Origin: Bacillota bacterium
GTDB taxonomy: Bacteria > Bacillota > Clostridia > Christensenellales > SZUA-584
Direction of reading: 5' to 3'
Length of the DNA stretch: 64,000 nt
Assembly: GCA_023406895.1 (NCBI GenBank)
Contig: JAEXTV010000016.1
Coordinates: 64,663-128,662 of the forward strand
In this document: piece after piece, positions 27,319-37,092 of the stretch
Layout of the letters: every line of letters begins with the position of its first letter
Numbering within the stretch: position 1 is the first letter of the stretch
The notes under the pieces: model-generated
The model's input: only the letters and a program-made list of their open reading frames with translations
The model's database searches: none
Told to the model about the DNA's origin: nothing
Translations under genes and position numbers: made by a program

Positions 27319-29054
27319 GCGAGTTCCTCCACTGAAAGCTGCGATTCCACAATCTCCCGGTACGTTCTGCAGCTTTGCATCAGTTCCCGGTGCGTGCCCT
27401 GACCAACCAGCCGGCCTTCGTCGAGCACAAGGATGTTGTCGGCATTCATCACGGTGCTCACGCGCTGGGCCACAATCAGCACGCTGGCTTCCTTCACTTG
27501 TGAGGCAAGCGCCTGCCTCAGCTTTGCGTCCGTTTTAAAATCGAGCGCCGAAAAGCTGTCGTCAAAAATATAAACCTCGGGTTTTCTGATCAGCGCGCGG
27601 GCGATGGAAAGCCGCTGCTTCTGTCCGCCCGAAAAATTCATGCCGTCCTGCGATACGGCGGCTTCCACCCCGCCCTCAAGCGCGGAAACAAATTCCTCCG
27701 CCTGCGCGACGGACAGCGCCTCATTCATTTCTTCCAGCGTCGCTTCGGAGCGGCCGAACCGCAAGTTATCCGCAATCGTGCCGCTCACAAGGCTTGCCTT
27801 CTGCGGCACAAAGCCGATCTTTCCGCGCAGCACATCCTGCGGGTAATCACGCACGTCCACACCGTCAATAAGCACCTGTCCTTTTGTCACATCGTAAAAC
27901 CGGGGAATCAGCTTGATCAGCGTCGATTTGCCCGACCCCGTGCCGCCGATAATCGCCGTGATCTGGCCGGGCTTTGACACAAAGCTGATGTCACAAAGCA
28001 CGAGGTCTTCAACACCCTCCTCAGAACCCGCATAACTGAAGCTCACGTTCTTAAACTCCACCTGGCCGCGCAGCGCCGTCTGCGGCGCGGCGGTCACTTG
28101 ATCGGTGACAGTCGCTTTCATATTGAGCACTTCGTTGATACGTTCGGCCGAAGCGGACGCGCGCGGCAGCATCACAAACATCATCGTTGCCATGATCACT
28201 GCGAACATCACCTGCATCACGTATTGCTGGAACGCCATCAGCTGCCCCACCTGCACGTCGCCGCTGTTCACGCGGATACCGCCGAACCAGATGACCGCAA
28301 CGGTCGCAAGATTCAGCACCATCATGATCGCCGGGAACATCGCTGCCATCCAGCGGTATACCTTGACCGAGGTGTTTGTCAGATCCTTGTTTGCCTCATC
28401 AAAGCGCTCCTGCTCATGGCCTGTTTTGTTAAACGCGCGAATCACACGGATGCCTGTAAGGCCTTCACGCATCACAAGGTTGACCTTATCTATCTTCTTT
28501 TGCAGAGACTTGAACAGCGGCAGCGCATAGCGCGCCACCATGAGTATCAGACCCGTCATCAGCACGATCGCGGCCACGATAATCCACGAAAGGCCGGTGC
28601 CTTCTCTAACCGCCATGATGATGCCGCCGACACACATGATGGGGGCCATCAGCAGCATGCTAAGTATCATCACCATCGCGTTCATAATCTGCGTGACATC
28701 GTTGGTGGAACGCGTAATCAGCGACGCCGTGCCAATTTTGTCAAACTGGTTCATTGAATAATTGGTGACTGTTTTAAAAATATCGGCGCGCAGGTCGCGC
28801 GCGAACCCCACCGACACCTGCGAGCTGAATAGGCGTGCCAGCACAGTGCATACGGTGACCACGAGCGAGAAACCGAGCATGATGAGCCCTGTTTCTATGA
28901 TGAGCCCGATATCTTTGCCGATAACGCCTTTATCGACAATATCAGACATCAAATCCGGCAGGTAGAGCTGGCTGATCGACTGCCCTGCCGTCAGCAGCAC
29001 CACCAAAAGTGCCGGCCATTTGTATGGCATGATGTATGTAAATAATTTTCTCAT
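27315..29054 (-). CDS. ABC exporter, fused permease/ATPase (heterodimer subunit A)
   Basis: I moved the start to MRKLFTYIMPYKW (ATGA overlap with the TetR stop). Motifs GGTGSGKST, SGGQKQRLSIARAL and FDDSFSALD. Confidence 0.9.
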   Translation of the reverse strand: MRKLFTYIMPYKWPALLVVLLTAGQSISQLYLPDLMSDIVDKGVIGKDIGLIIETGLIMLGFSLVVTVCTVLARLFSSQVSVGFARDLRADIFKTVTNYSMNQFDKIGTASLITRSTNDVTQIMNAMVMILSMLLMAPIMCVGGIIMAVREGTGLSWIIVAAIVLMTGLILMVARYALPLFKSLQKKIDKVNLVMREGLTGIRVIRAFNKTGHEQERFDEANKDLTNTSVKVYRWMAAMFPAIMMVLNLATVAVIWFGGIRVNSGDVQVGQLMAFQQYVMQVMFAVIMATMMFVMLPRASASAERINEVLNMKATVTDQVTAAPQTALRGQVEFKNVSFSYAGSEEGVEDLVLCDISFVSKPGQITAIIGGTGSGKSTLIKLIPRFYDVTKGQVLIDGVDVRDYPQDVLRGKIGFVPQKASLVSGTIADNLRFGRSEATLEEMNEALSVAQAEEFVSALEGGVEAAVSQDGMNFSGGQKQRLSIARALIRKPEVYIFDDSFSALDFKTDAKLRQALASQVKEASVLIVAQRVSTVMNADNILVLDEGRLVGQGTHRELMQSCRTYREIVESQLSVEELA

Positions 29055-29638
29055 AGATTGTCCTTCCCTGTCTCTGTACTTAAAATCCCGATGACCTGAT
29101 TTAGCATCCAATCAAAATACGTGTCGTCGGTATCACGCTTTCCATTTGTCATCACTTCTTTCATGATGCTGCCTGTGATGTTTGTCATAAAAAACTTAAT
29201 CGCCATCTCGGGCGGCACACTGAGCGCTCCTGAGCTACTCATCGCGTTGAAATACGCGAGAAGGCTGCTTTGCATATGATGTTCTTTGTTCATCATGTCC
29301 TTCTCAGGTACCGAATCTCTGATTTTGTCACGCATGATCATACGGATCATGGGCGCGTTTTTTCTGAAATTGTCGCGCGTTTCACGGGCGATGTGTTTTA
29401 AATCATGTTTCAGATCATAGGTCACCCCGTTTTTGAGGTATTCCTCCAGCGTGTAAGGATGCAGGCAGCTGTGCAGCGTCTCGTTAAACAACGCCCGCTT
29501 GGTCGGAAAATGCCGGAACAATGTGACTTCGCTCACACCAGCCAGTTCGGCTATATCCTTGGTCGTCGCGGCAGCAAACCCGCGTTTCTCGAAAAGCTCG
29601 CGCGCTGCTGTTAAAATATTGTTCCGTGTGTCTTTCAT
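29051..29638 (-). CDS. TetR/AcrR-family transcriptional regulator
   Basis: NILTAARELFEKRGFAAATTKDIAELAGVSEVTLFRHFPTK. Confidence 0.9.
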   Translation of the reverse strand: MKDTRNNILTAARELFEKRGFAAATTKDIAELAGVSEVTLFRHFPTKRALFNETLHSCLHPYTLEEYLKNGVTYDLKHDLKHIARETRDNFRKNAPMIRMIMRDKIRDSVPEKDMMNKEHHMQSSLLAYFNAMSSSGALSVPPEMAIKFFMTNITGSIMKEVMTNGKRDTDDTYFDWMLNQVIGILSTETGKDNL

Positions 29639-29676
29639 CGGCTTCCCTCCTTTTTGATGTAAAATGCAAACTTTTT

Positions 29677-29692
29677 AAGTAAGTGCTTACTT
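29677..29692. promoter_or_regulatory. Palindromic candidate TetR operator
   Basis: AAGTAAG-tg-CTTACTT, about 40 nt upstream of the TetR start. Confidence 0.5.
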
Positions 29693-29842
29693 TCATTCGT
29701 CTCACTATACGCTTAAAAGTATTAATGATCAACCGCACAAATGAATGTTCACAGTTATTTCAAATTTTATTTACCTAATAAATGTAAGAGTCCCTCATAC
29801 GACCGGTTGCGGCGCAGACCGTAAAACACTATAATAAAAGGC

Positions 29843-30850
29843 ATGAAAAAAAGGATCACAGCCTGTATTTTGCTGACAGCAGCCACAGCGCTGCTTATTG
29901 GTGCTTGTGCGCCCGCTGAAAAAGCGAGCGAAACATTCGCGCTCGATACGATATGCACACAGCAGGTGACAGGCCGGAATGCGGACGTTGCCATCAACGA
30001 CGTTAATCAGATGCTCACGCGCATCTCAAAAGAATTGTCAACAAACGAAGGCTCATATATCTATGCTGTAAACCAAGGCGCGCCGCAGGGCGTGGCCGTT
30101 AGCGACGAAGCGGCGCAGCTCGTTTCGGATGCGTTGAGTTTTGCCGCTGATACAAACGGCGCTTTCGACCCGGCGATCGGCGCGTTGTCATCGCTTTGGA
30201 ATATATCCGAAAACCCGCGCGTTCCGTCTGAGGATGAAATCGCCGCCGCGCTGCCGCTCGTCAATTTCCGTGATGTCACGGTGGACGGCAGCACCGTCAC
30301 GCTTAATAAAAGCGGTATACAGCTGGATCTCGGCGGCATTGGCAAAGGGTACGCAGCCGACCTCGCGGTGCAGATTTATAAAAAATACGGCATCAGCAAC
30401 GCCATCCTCAATCTCGGCGGCAACGTGTATGTGTATGGCGATAAAGGGGACGGAAGTGATTATCGTATCGGACTGAGAGACCCGCTCGGCAGCGAAAACG
30501 ATTATGCCGCCATCATCCCTGCAAAAAATACGTCGGTGGTCACTTCGGGCGTTTACGAGCGTTATTTTGAAAGCGACGGCAAAACGTACCACCACCTGCT
30601 CGACCCCAAAACGGGGTATCCGGCCGATAACGGGCTGCTTGCCGTCACCGTGGTTTGTGAACGCAGCACCGAGGCGGATGCGCTGTCAACCGCGCTTTTC
30701 GTGATGGGGCTTAAGGACGGGCTCACCTATGCGGAAAATGCTCAAGGTGTTGAAGCCGTGTTTTTTACGGACGATCAGGGCATTTATGTCACAAGCGGAC
30801 TGGAGGATAAAATAGAAATCACCAATGAAGCATATACTCTCAAAAGCTGA
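29843..30850 (+). CDS. apbE: FAD:protein FMN transferase (ApbE family) lipoprotein
   Basis: Lipobox (LLIGAC) plus FDPAIGALSSLWN, LDLGGIGKGYAAD and YHHLLDPKTGYP. Confidence 0.9.
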   Translation: MKKRITACILLTAATALLIGACAPAEKASETFALDTICTQQVTGRNADVAINDVNQMLTRISKELSTNEGSYIYAVNQGAPQGVAVSDEAAQLVSDALSFAADTNGAFDPAIGALSSLWNISENPRVPSEDEIAAALPLVNFRDVTVDGSTVTLNKSGIQLDLGGIGKGYAADLAVQIYKKYGISNAILNLGGNVYVYGDKGDGSDYRIGLRDPLGSENDYAAIIPAKNTSVVTSGVYERYFESDGKTYHHLLDPKTGYPADNGLLAVTVVCERSTEADALSTALFVMGLKDGLTYAENAQGVEAVFFTDDQGIYVTSGLEDKIEITNEAYTLKS

Positions 30851-31178
30851 TATCCTATTATTTTTGATCATTATCGCCGTCGCCGTGGGGGGCATCTTTT
30901 TGCTGTCCGGCAGCGGCAGCGCGCAAACGGCTCTTATTCGAGTGGATGGCCGCATTGTGAGGGAAGTCAAGCTCGATGTCGATCAATCGTTTCAGGTTGG
31001 CGACGTGCGTTTTGAAGTGAAAAACGGCGCCATTGCTTTCGTCGAGTCCGACTGCCCCGGGCAGGAGTGCATCCACGCGGGGTGGCTTTCTTCCCCGGGC
31101 AGCAGCATGGCCTGCCTGCCGAACAAGACTTCCGTCACGCTCACAGGAGAAAGCGGGGTGGACGTGATTGCGGAATAA
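30825..31178 (+). CDS. NusG domain II-containing (DUF1312) membrane-anchored protein
   Basis: N-terminal TM, then VRFEVKNGAIAFVESDCPGQECIHAGWLSSPGSSMACLPNK. Confidence 0.7.
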   Translation: MKHILSKADILLFLIIIAVAVGGIFLLSGSGSAQTALIRVDGRIVREVKLDVDQSFQVGDVRFEVKNGAIAFVESDCPGQECIHAGWLSSPGSSMACLPNKTSVTLTGESGVDVIAE

Positions 31179-31698
31179 GATGACGCCGCGCCGCATGGCG
31201 CTGCTCAGCGCGCTGCTGGCCATTTCGCTTGTGCTTTCCGTGGTGGAAAACATGCTGGGCGCACTCGTGCCGCTGCCCATTCCCGGCGTGAAGCTCGGCC
31301 TTGCCAACATTGTGTCCATGTTTCTGCTGAGCTATTTTTCTCTGCCCGCCACACTCACTGTGGGTTTGCTGCGCTCACTGCTCGCGTCGTTTTTCTCGGG
31401 CGGGTTCGGTATGTTCTTGTATTCGGCGCCGGGCGTTGTTTTGAGCGTTCTTGCGATGTTTGCCGCGATGAAAATGATCAAGCCGCTGACCATCGTTGGC
31501 ATATCCATGATCGGCGCGTGCATGCACAACCTCATGCAGGTGGGTGTGGCCGTGCTGATGACGGGAGAAACGCGGCTGTTTTATTACGCGTTTATACTGC
31601 TCATCATCGGCGCTGTGTCCGGCACGATCACCGGCGTGGTGGCGCATGCCGTGTTTCCGAGAGCCGCCGGTGCATTGAAGCTGAAAATATACAAATAA
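31168..31698 (+). CDS. Gx transporter family protein (heptaprenyl diphosphate synthase component I-like)
   Basis: LSALLAISLVLSVVENMLGALVPLPIPGVKLGLANIV with 5 TM segments. The start is uncertain (TTG at 31168 or ATG at 31180). Confidence 0.7.
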   Translation: MRNKMTPRRMALLSALLAISLVLSVVENMLGALVPLPIPGVKLGLANIVSMFLLSYFSLPATLTVGLLRSLLASFFSGGFGMFLYSAPGVVLSVLAMFAAMKMIKPLTIVGISMIGACMHNLMQVGVAVLMTGETRLFYYAFILLIIGAVSGTITGVVAHAVFPRAAGALKLKIYK

Positions 31699-31722
31699 TA
31701 AACGTGATACGGAGGTGCTGCT

Positions 31723-32418
31723 ATGTTTCAATTTGCGAATTACTATTATATGGACTGGACGATATTTTTGATCATACCCGGCATCATCGTGGCGATGTGG
31801 GCCCAGTCAAAGGTCAACCGCGCTTATCAGACATATTTAAAAATACCCGTGATGAGCGGCATCACGGGCCGCGAAGCCGCTTCGCGCATACTCGCGGCAA
31901 ACGGTATTCATCACGTCGAGATTGTGCCCACCGGCGGCAGGCTGTCTGACCATTACAACCCGCGCAAGAAAACGCTGAATCTTTCCGAATCCAACTATTC
32001 GGGCAGTTCGGTGGCCGCGGTGGCGGTAGCCGCGCACGAATCGGGCCACGCCATTCAGCACAGTACGGGGTATTTCGCGCTGAACCTGCGCAGCCTGATC
32101 GCGCCCGTGGTCAGTGCCGCGTCATATCTGCTCTGGCCGATACTGATACTCGGGCTGATGATGGGCTTTAAGGATACGATCAATATCGCCGTGTATATCT
32201 TTCTCGCCATCTTCATATTTCAGCTCATCACGCTGCCCGTGGAGTTCAACGCATCAAGGCGTGCCATGGCCGCTATACAGTCGCAGGGTGTTCTCACAGA
32301 CGAAGAGCAATACGGTGCAAAAAAAATGCTTGAAGCCGCGGCGCTCACCTATGTGGCCGCCACGCTTGTCGCGCTGCTCAATGTGCTGCGTTTTACCATG
32401 CTTTCCCGCCGCAGATAA
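31723..32418 (+). CDS. YugP-like putative neutral zinc metallopeptidase
   Basis: Membrane-anchored, with AVAAHESGHAIQH. Confidence 0.85.
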   Translation: MFQFANYYYMDWTIFLIIPGIIVAMWAQSKVNRAYQTYLKIPVMSGITGREAASRILAANGIHHVEIVPTGGRLSDHYNPRKKTLNLSESNYSGSSVAAVAVAAHESGHAIQHSTGYFALNLRSLIAPVVSAASYLLWPILILGLMMGFKDTINIAVYIFLAIFIFQLITLPVEFNASRRAMAAIQSQGVLTDEEQYGAKKMLEAAALTYVAATLVALLNVLRFTMLSRRR

Positions 32419-32545
32419 GAAATTAGCTTTTTCGTTATTGTGATTTACAAGAATAAACACTATAATGGGTCTGATATGTTCAAAACCTGCGAAACCCTTA
32501 CGAAAACAGACGGTTTATCCGTATAATATTCTTGAGGAGGACACA

Positions 32546-34528
32546 ATGAATAACGTGGACAACCTATTCGTCAACACCATCCGTATACTGGCTGTTGAGG
32601 GCGTACAAAAAGCAAACAGCGGCCATCCCGGCCTGCCCCTCGGTGCCGCCCCCATGGCATATACGCTCTGGGCCAAACATCTGAAACACAACCCCAAAAA
32701 CCCGTCCTGGGCGGACAGAGACCGTTTCGTGCTCTCGGCCGGTCATGGTTCGATGCTGCTTTACGCATTGCTGCACACTTTCGGTTATGAAGACGCCACC
32801 ATCGACGAGCTCAAGAACTTCCGTCAATACGGTTCAAAAACCGCCGGTCACCCCGAATACGGCCACATCGCGGGCATCGAGACGACCACCGGCCCGCTCG
32901 GGCAGGGCATTGCGAACGCCGTCGGTATGGCGATGGCCGAAGCGCATCTCGCCGGAATGTTCAACAAAGACGGCTACAACGTGATTGATCACTACACATA
33001 CACGCTGTCGGGCGACGGCTGCCTGATGGAAGGCGTGGCATCCGAGGCCTGTTCTCTTGCGGGCACACTGAAACTCGGCAAGTTAATACTGCTTTACGAC
33101 CGGAACAAGATCACCATCGAAGGTGAGACGGACTTCGCGTTTGATGAAGATGTCGCGAAGCGCTTTGACGCTTACGGCTGGCAGGTGCTCAGCGTGGACA
33201 ACGGCAACGAGGACATGGACAGCATCGACAAAGCGATTGCCGCCGCGAAAGCGGAAACGGGCAAGCCCTCCATCATCATCATCAATACGGCCATCGGCTA
33301 CGGCTGCCCGGCTGTGCAGGGCAAGGCCTCGTGCCATGGGTCACCGCTCGGCGACGAGAACATCGGCTTACTCAAAGAGACGCTCGGCTGGACATATAAG
33401 GAAAGCTTTTATGTGCCGGATGAAGTGAAGGCCGAAGCCGAAAAGCGCCAGAAGGCCTATACCGAAGCGGAAGAAAAATGGAACAAGATGTTCGCGGACT
33501 ACTGCGCAAAGTTCCCCGAGATGGCGGAGCTTTGGAAGCAATGCTTCAACCCGGTTGATTTAAGTGTTCTCAACGACAAATCGTTCTACGAGTTTGATAA
33601 GCCGCTGGCCACGCGCCAGTCCTCCGGCATTATGCTGAACCGCCTTGCCGAGAAGCTGCCCGGCCTGTTCGGCGGCAGCGCCGACCTTGGCCCCTCGAAC
33701 CTCTCGGTGATTAAAAACAAACCGTATTTCGCGCCCGACTGCCCTGAAGGGAGCAACATCCATTACGGCATCCGCGAATTCGCGATGGCGGCGATTGCGA
33801 ACGGCCTTGCGCTGCACGGCGGCGTGATTCCGTATGTGGCGACGTTCTTCGTATTCACCGATTATTTAAAGAACGCAGTGCGTATGTCCGCGCTGATGGG
33901 CCTGCCGGTGATTTATGTGATGACGCACGACAGCATCGGCGTGGGTGAAGACGGCCCGACGCATCAGCCCATTGAGCAGCTGGCCTGCATGCGCGCCACA
34001 CCCAACACCTATATGTGGCGTCCGGCCGATTCCAAGGAAACGGCAGCGGCCTACATCTCCGCGCTGACCGCCACCGGCCCGTCTGTGATTGCGCTCTCGC
34101 GCCAGACACTGCCGCTGTATAACGAATCCGGCGAAGCCGCGCTCCTCGGCGGCTATGTGTTAAAAGACTTCGGCGCAGACCCGTCGGTGATCCTCATCGG
34201 TACGGGCAGCGAAGTGGAAATCTGCTACAAGGCGGCCCAGAAGCTGTTTGACGAGGGCATTAGCGCGCGTGTGGTTTCCATGCCGTGTGTGGATGTGTTT
34301 GAAGAGCAGAGCGACGACTACAAGCAGAGCGTGCTGCCTGATGCGCTTGATAAGCGCGTGATAGTGGAAGCGGCGGCCTCGTTCGGCTGGCACAAGTACG
34401 CGGGCAAGGGCACGATTGTGGCGCTCGATCATTTTGGCGCGTCCGGCCCCGCACCCAAGCTCTACGAAGAGTTCGGCCTCACGCCGGACAACGTGGCGCA
34501 GAAAGCCATTGAAGTGCTCGGGAAATAA
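32546..34528 (+). CDS. tkt: Transketolase
   Basis: I moved the start to [13 protein letters not shown], which follows GAGGAGG. Motifs [11 protein letters not shown] and GDGCLMEGV, with all three transketolase domains present. Confidence 0.95.
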   Translation: MNNVDNLFVNTIRILAVEGVQKANSGHPGLPLGAAPMAYTLWAKHLKHNPKNPSWADRDRFVLSAGHGSMLLYALLHTFGYEDATIDELKNFRQYGSKTAGHPEYGHIAGIETTTGPLGQGIANAVGMAMAEAHLAGMFNKDGYNVIDHYTYTLSGDGCLMEGVASEACSLAGTLKLGKLILLYDRNKITIEGETDFAFDEDVAKRFDAYGWQVLSVDNGNEDMDSIDKAIAAAKAETGKPSIIIINTAIGYGCPAVQGKASCHGSPLGDENIGLLKETLGWTYKESFYVPDEVKAEAEKRQKAYTEAEEKWNKMFADYCAKFPEMAELWKQCFNPVDLSVLNDKSFYEFDKPLATRQSSGIMLNRLAEKLPGLFGGSADLGPSNLSVIKNKPYFAPDCPEGSNIHYGIREFAMAAIANGLALHGGVIPYVATFFVFTDYLKNAVRMSALMGLPVIYVMTHDSIGVGEDGPTHQPIEQLACMRATPNTYMWRPADSKETAAAYISALTATGPSVIALSRQTLPLYNESGEAALLGGYVLKDFGADPSVILIGTGSEVEICYKAAQKLFDEGISARVVSMPCVDVFEEQSDDYKQSVLPDALDKRVIVEAAASFGWHKYAGKGTIVALDHFGASGPAPKLYEEFGLTPDNVAQKAIEVLGK

Positions 34529-34544
34529 TCCCCTTATAAGCAAC

Positions 34545-34577
34545 GAAAGCCTTCGGCAAACACCGAAGGCTTTTTTG
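34545..34577 (+). terminator. Rho-independent terminator
   Basis: GAAAGCCTTCGG-caaaca-CCGAAGGCTTTT followed by TTG. Confidence 0.8.
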
Positions 34578-34614
34578 ATTTGATGTTTCGATAAAAGGGG
34601 CATACGCCCGCTCT

Positions 34615-34721
34615 GCCATCATGTCATTCTGACGACCGCAGGGAGGAAGAATCCCATGTCTAATATCGATAGCTGTTTTCTTGCGGTTTCTTTCAATCCT
34701 CAGTCAGCTTCGCTGACAGCT
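34615..34721 (+). repeat. Intergenic repeat unit 1 (A-type core plus CAGTCAGC hairpin)
   Basis: GCCATCATGTCATTCTGACGACCGCAGGGAGGAAGAATCCCATG...CAATCCTCAGTCAGCTTCGCTGACAGCT. Confidence 0.75.
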
Positions 34722-34755
34722 AATTAAATCAGTCTGATCTATGATTTCTCAGTTT

Positions 34756-34856
34756 GCCATCACTGTCATTCTAACGACCGCAGGGAGGAAGAATCCCATG
34801 TTCTATATCAATAGCTGGGTTATACCCTCAATCCTCAGTCAGCTTCGCTGACTGCT
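34756..34856 (+). repeat. Intergenic repeat unit 2 (direct copy, 141-nt offset)
   Basis: GCCATCACTGTCATTCTAACGACCGCAGGGAGGAAGAATCCCATG...CAATCCTCAGTCAGCTTCGCTGACTGCT. A B-type arm follows at 34895-34945. Confidence 0.75.
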
Positions 34857-34979
34857 CCTTTCCAAAGGAGCCTTCAAAACATAAACGCTTTAAGAGAAAG
34901 CCTCCTTTTGAAAGGAGGTGGCGCACGCAGTGCGACGGAGGATTGCGATATTAAAAGTCGATGTTGTCAGCGCGTCTTC

Positions 34980-35831
34980 TTATCTCAGCCCTGCTTTTCT
35001 TTCCGCCGCTTCCACCGTCTGCTCAATCAGCTTCGCAATGGTCACCGGCCCCACGCCGCCCGGCACCGGCGTGTACGCGCTCGATTTCGCCGCCGCGTTC
35101 TCCAGATCGATATCGCCCACGTAGCCGACGTTGTACCCCGCGTCAATCAGCACCGCGCCGTCCTTCACCCAGTCCGCCTGAATGAACTTCGCGCGCCCCA
35201 CGGCCGCCACGACGATATCGGCGCGCCTGACAATCTCGGGCAGATTTTTCGTTTTGCTGTGGCAAATCGTCACGGTCGCGTCTGCATTGAGCAGCAGCAT
35301 CGCCGCGGGCTTGCCAAGAATCGGGCTGCGGCCCACCACCACGGCCTCCTTCCCCGCCACATCGATGCCATACCGTTTGAGCAGCGCCATCACCGAGAGC
35401 GGCGTGGCGGGCTTAAACGCACCAAGTGCCATCGTCATCGCGCCGAAGCTGCTCGTGTTCACGCCGTCCGCGTCCTTATCCATCGCAATCGCGTTAAAGC
35501 ATCGCTGCTCATCGATCTGCGCCGGCACGGGATGCTGCAGCAGGATGCCGCAGACGTTATCATCCGCGTTGAGCTCCTCAATTTTGCTAAGCAGCTGCTC
35601 CGTCGTCGTGCTCTCCGGCAGCTCCACGCGCAGCGAATCTATGCCCACGCGCTTGCACGCGTTGCCCTTCATGCGCACATACGTGACAGACGCGGGGTTA
35701 TCCCCAACGAGTATCGTCGCAAGTACGGGCACCTTGCCCGTTTTTTCGATGACACGCCGGGCGCGCACAGTCAAATCCTCTTCAATCTCTTTGGCAAGCA
35801 CCCTGCCGTCCATGATGATGGGCTCTTTCAT
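34980..35831 (-). CDS. folD: Bifunctional methylene-THF dehydrogenase / methenyl-THF cyclohydrolase
   Basis: I moved the start to [16 protein letters not shown], which follows GGAGG. Motifs [28 protein letters not shown] and [10 protein letters not shown]. Confidence 0.95.
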   Translation of the reverse strand: MKEPIIMDGRVLAKEIEEDLTVRARRVIEKTGKVPVLATILVGDNPASVTYVRMKGNACKRVGIDSLRVELPESTTTEQLLSKIEELNADDNVCGILLQHPVPAQIDEQRCFNAIAMDKDADGVNTSSFGAMTMALGAFKPATPLSVMALLKRYGIDVAGKEAVVVGRSPILGKPAAMLLLNADATVTICHSKTKNLPEIVRRADIVVAAVGRAKFIQADWVKDGAVLIDAGYNVGYVGDIDLENAAAKSSAYTPVPGGVGPVTIAKLIEQTVEAAERKAGLR

Positions 35832-35852
35832 TCGCAACCTCCGTTTTTGACT

Positions 35853-35950
35853 CAAAAATAAAAACCGCCGGACAAGCTTATGCCCAGGCGGTCGACAATC
35901 TACAACGCCCATACTCCCCTGTGGTCAATCCACTTCCGCCAGTCGTATGG
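35853..35950 (-). promoter_or_regulatory. ZTP (pfl motif) riboswitch with terminator expression platform, upstream of folD
   Basis: On the minus strand: CCATAC-GACTGGCGGAA-GTGG-attga-CCAC-AGGGGAG-GTATGG, a linker, then CCGCCTGGGCA. P1 is CCATAC/GTATGG and P2 is GTGG/CCAC. The conserved ACUGGCG, GGGGAG and CCGCCUGGGCA blocks are all present. The terminator GACCGCC..GGCGGT plus TTTTTATTTTT shares CCGCC with the 3' subdomain. Confidence 0.85.
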
Positions 35951-35959
35951 TTCAAAAAA

Positions 35960-35988
35960 AGTATACGGGCAGTGTTGGCTTAAGTCAA
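35960..35988 (-). promoter_or_regulatory. Sigma-70-type promoter driving the ZTP riboswitch and folD
   Basis: On the minus strand: TTGACT, a 17-nt spacer, then TATACT. Confidence 0.65.
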
Positions 35989-36008
35989 GACGCAACGTCC
36001 ATAAATGC

Positions 36009-36317
36009 CTATTGCAGACAGCGTTCTCTTGCTTTGTCCAATTTCGCGTTGCGGAAGTAAAGACATATATCGATGGTGATTTCTATGATGTTCAACATAT
36101 AAAAAACCCAGCCCATATAGAACAGAAAACTCAAGCCTGTGCCCGATGCATACTGCATAAACTTGCGTGTGATGCCGAATATGTAGCCGATCCAGACAAA
36201 CACTTCAAAAAGCAGGCTTTTGCCCTTTGCTGTGCGCGATTTGTACGACCGATAGATGGAAATCGGCCACGACAAACCAAAACAGATAATCATTAAAGCT
36301 TCCAAAAGATCAATCAT
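36009..36317 (-). CDS. Small 3-TM membrane protein, PQ-loop/SemiSWEET-like
   Basis: 102 aa. GLSWPISIYRSYKSRTAKGKSL resembles the PQ-loop motif (PQxxxNxKxKSxxGxS). RBS CAGGAGAG. Confidence 0.5.
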   Translation of the reverse strand: MIDLLEALMIICFGLSWPISIYRSYKSRTAKGKSLLFEVFVWIGYIFGITRKFMQYASGTGLSFLFYMGWVFYMLNIIEITIDICLYFRNAKLDKARERCLQ

Positions 36318-36823
36318 AATACGTCTCTCCTGTGATGCAAATTACATCTGTGATCATACACCTATGCATCGGATAGGGAAAGCTTATTATCGAAAAGATC
36401 TTCTAAGTGAAAACCTATTTCATCGACAGAATGAAAGGGAGTTTATATAAGCTGATATTGACGTAAAAGAATTTAGATCATTCAATACTTATTTATCTCT
36501 TAACTGATCGTACAAGCGTATAGTTGAGCCTATTGCTCTTTCAGTCCACCGTTTTTGATTTTCTCTCCCACAGACTCCGAATCGGTGACAGCCCTCAATT
36601 CACCCTAATAAGGCAGTCGTCAGAAAAGCCCGCTGTAAGAGGGCTTTATTCCATTTTCATATGGATGGCGCTGATTGAATGAGGCGGGATGATTTATTTC
36701 ATTGAACCGGGGTTCGTAGGGGATGCCACCGCAGGAATCGCCGCGCTGTTATAAGGCTTTTGCGCCTCAGCAGCGTGCAAAATCGGCCGTCAAGACAGCG
36801 AATCGACTTAATCAGAACTGACT

Positions 36824-36990
36824 GAAAAAGAAAAACGGCGCATGCTGCGCCGCTTCGAGCTTCCCCGTATCCGGGGCGTGGTTAGGAGGTCAGTCTAAAC
36901 TTTGTAGGTATCTGAGCGCCATTGCTGCAGGCGTTTATAAGCTGCGTTTCCTCTGAGACCTTTCTTCACCGCTCCACCGTTTGCCATTGA
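36824..36990 (-). ncRNA. Candidate small RNA or cis-regulatory leader (promoter plus terminator unit, class unknown)
   Basis: On the minus strand: TTGCGT (37023-37018), a 17-nt spacer, GATAAT (37000-36995), then about 165 nt ending in CGGCGCA-tgc-TGCGCCG plus TTTTTCTTTTT (36852-36824). It has an internal hairpin CCCCG-gata-CGGGG and no SD-preceded ORF. Confidence 0.25.
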
Positions 36991-37057
36991 TTTTATTATC
37001 CATAACCCCGGAGCAAAACGCAAACGCCGTCCATGCACAAAAAATAAAGGAAACCAC

Positions 37058-37092
37058 AGAAAAAAGAAGCGTCGTGGATTTGTTACGCTTCT
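37058..37092 (-). terminator. Rho-independent terminator downstream of the UDG genes
   Basis: On the minus strand: AGAAGCGT-aacaaatccacg-ACGCTTCT followed by TTTTTCTG. Confidence 0.65.

Noticed and set aside
34615-34856. Direct repeats that might be mistaken for a CRISPR array.
   Set aside because: There are only two ~100-nt units with a 141-nt period. The units are themselves copies of the dispersed palindromic family, there is no short repeat/spacer alternation, and no cas genes are present.
36901-36990. A 30-codon minus-strand ORF (MANGGAVKKGLRGNAAYKRLQQWRSDTYKV) inside the candidate sRNA.
   Set aside because: No Shine-Dalgarno sequence. The ATG sits within a few nt of the predicted transcription start. 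There is no hydrophobic or known small-protein signature. It cannot be excluded as a leaderless peptide, but it is unsupported.
36545-36994. Duplicated TCCACCGTTT..GATTTT boxes as tRNA/tmRNA 3' ends or att sites flanking an integrated element.
   Set aside because: No T-loop (GTTCRANYC) or acceptor-stem structure precedes either box. There is no tag-peptide reading frame and no integrase. The similarity is only ~20 nt. The duplication is kept as part of the unexplained-region finding.
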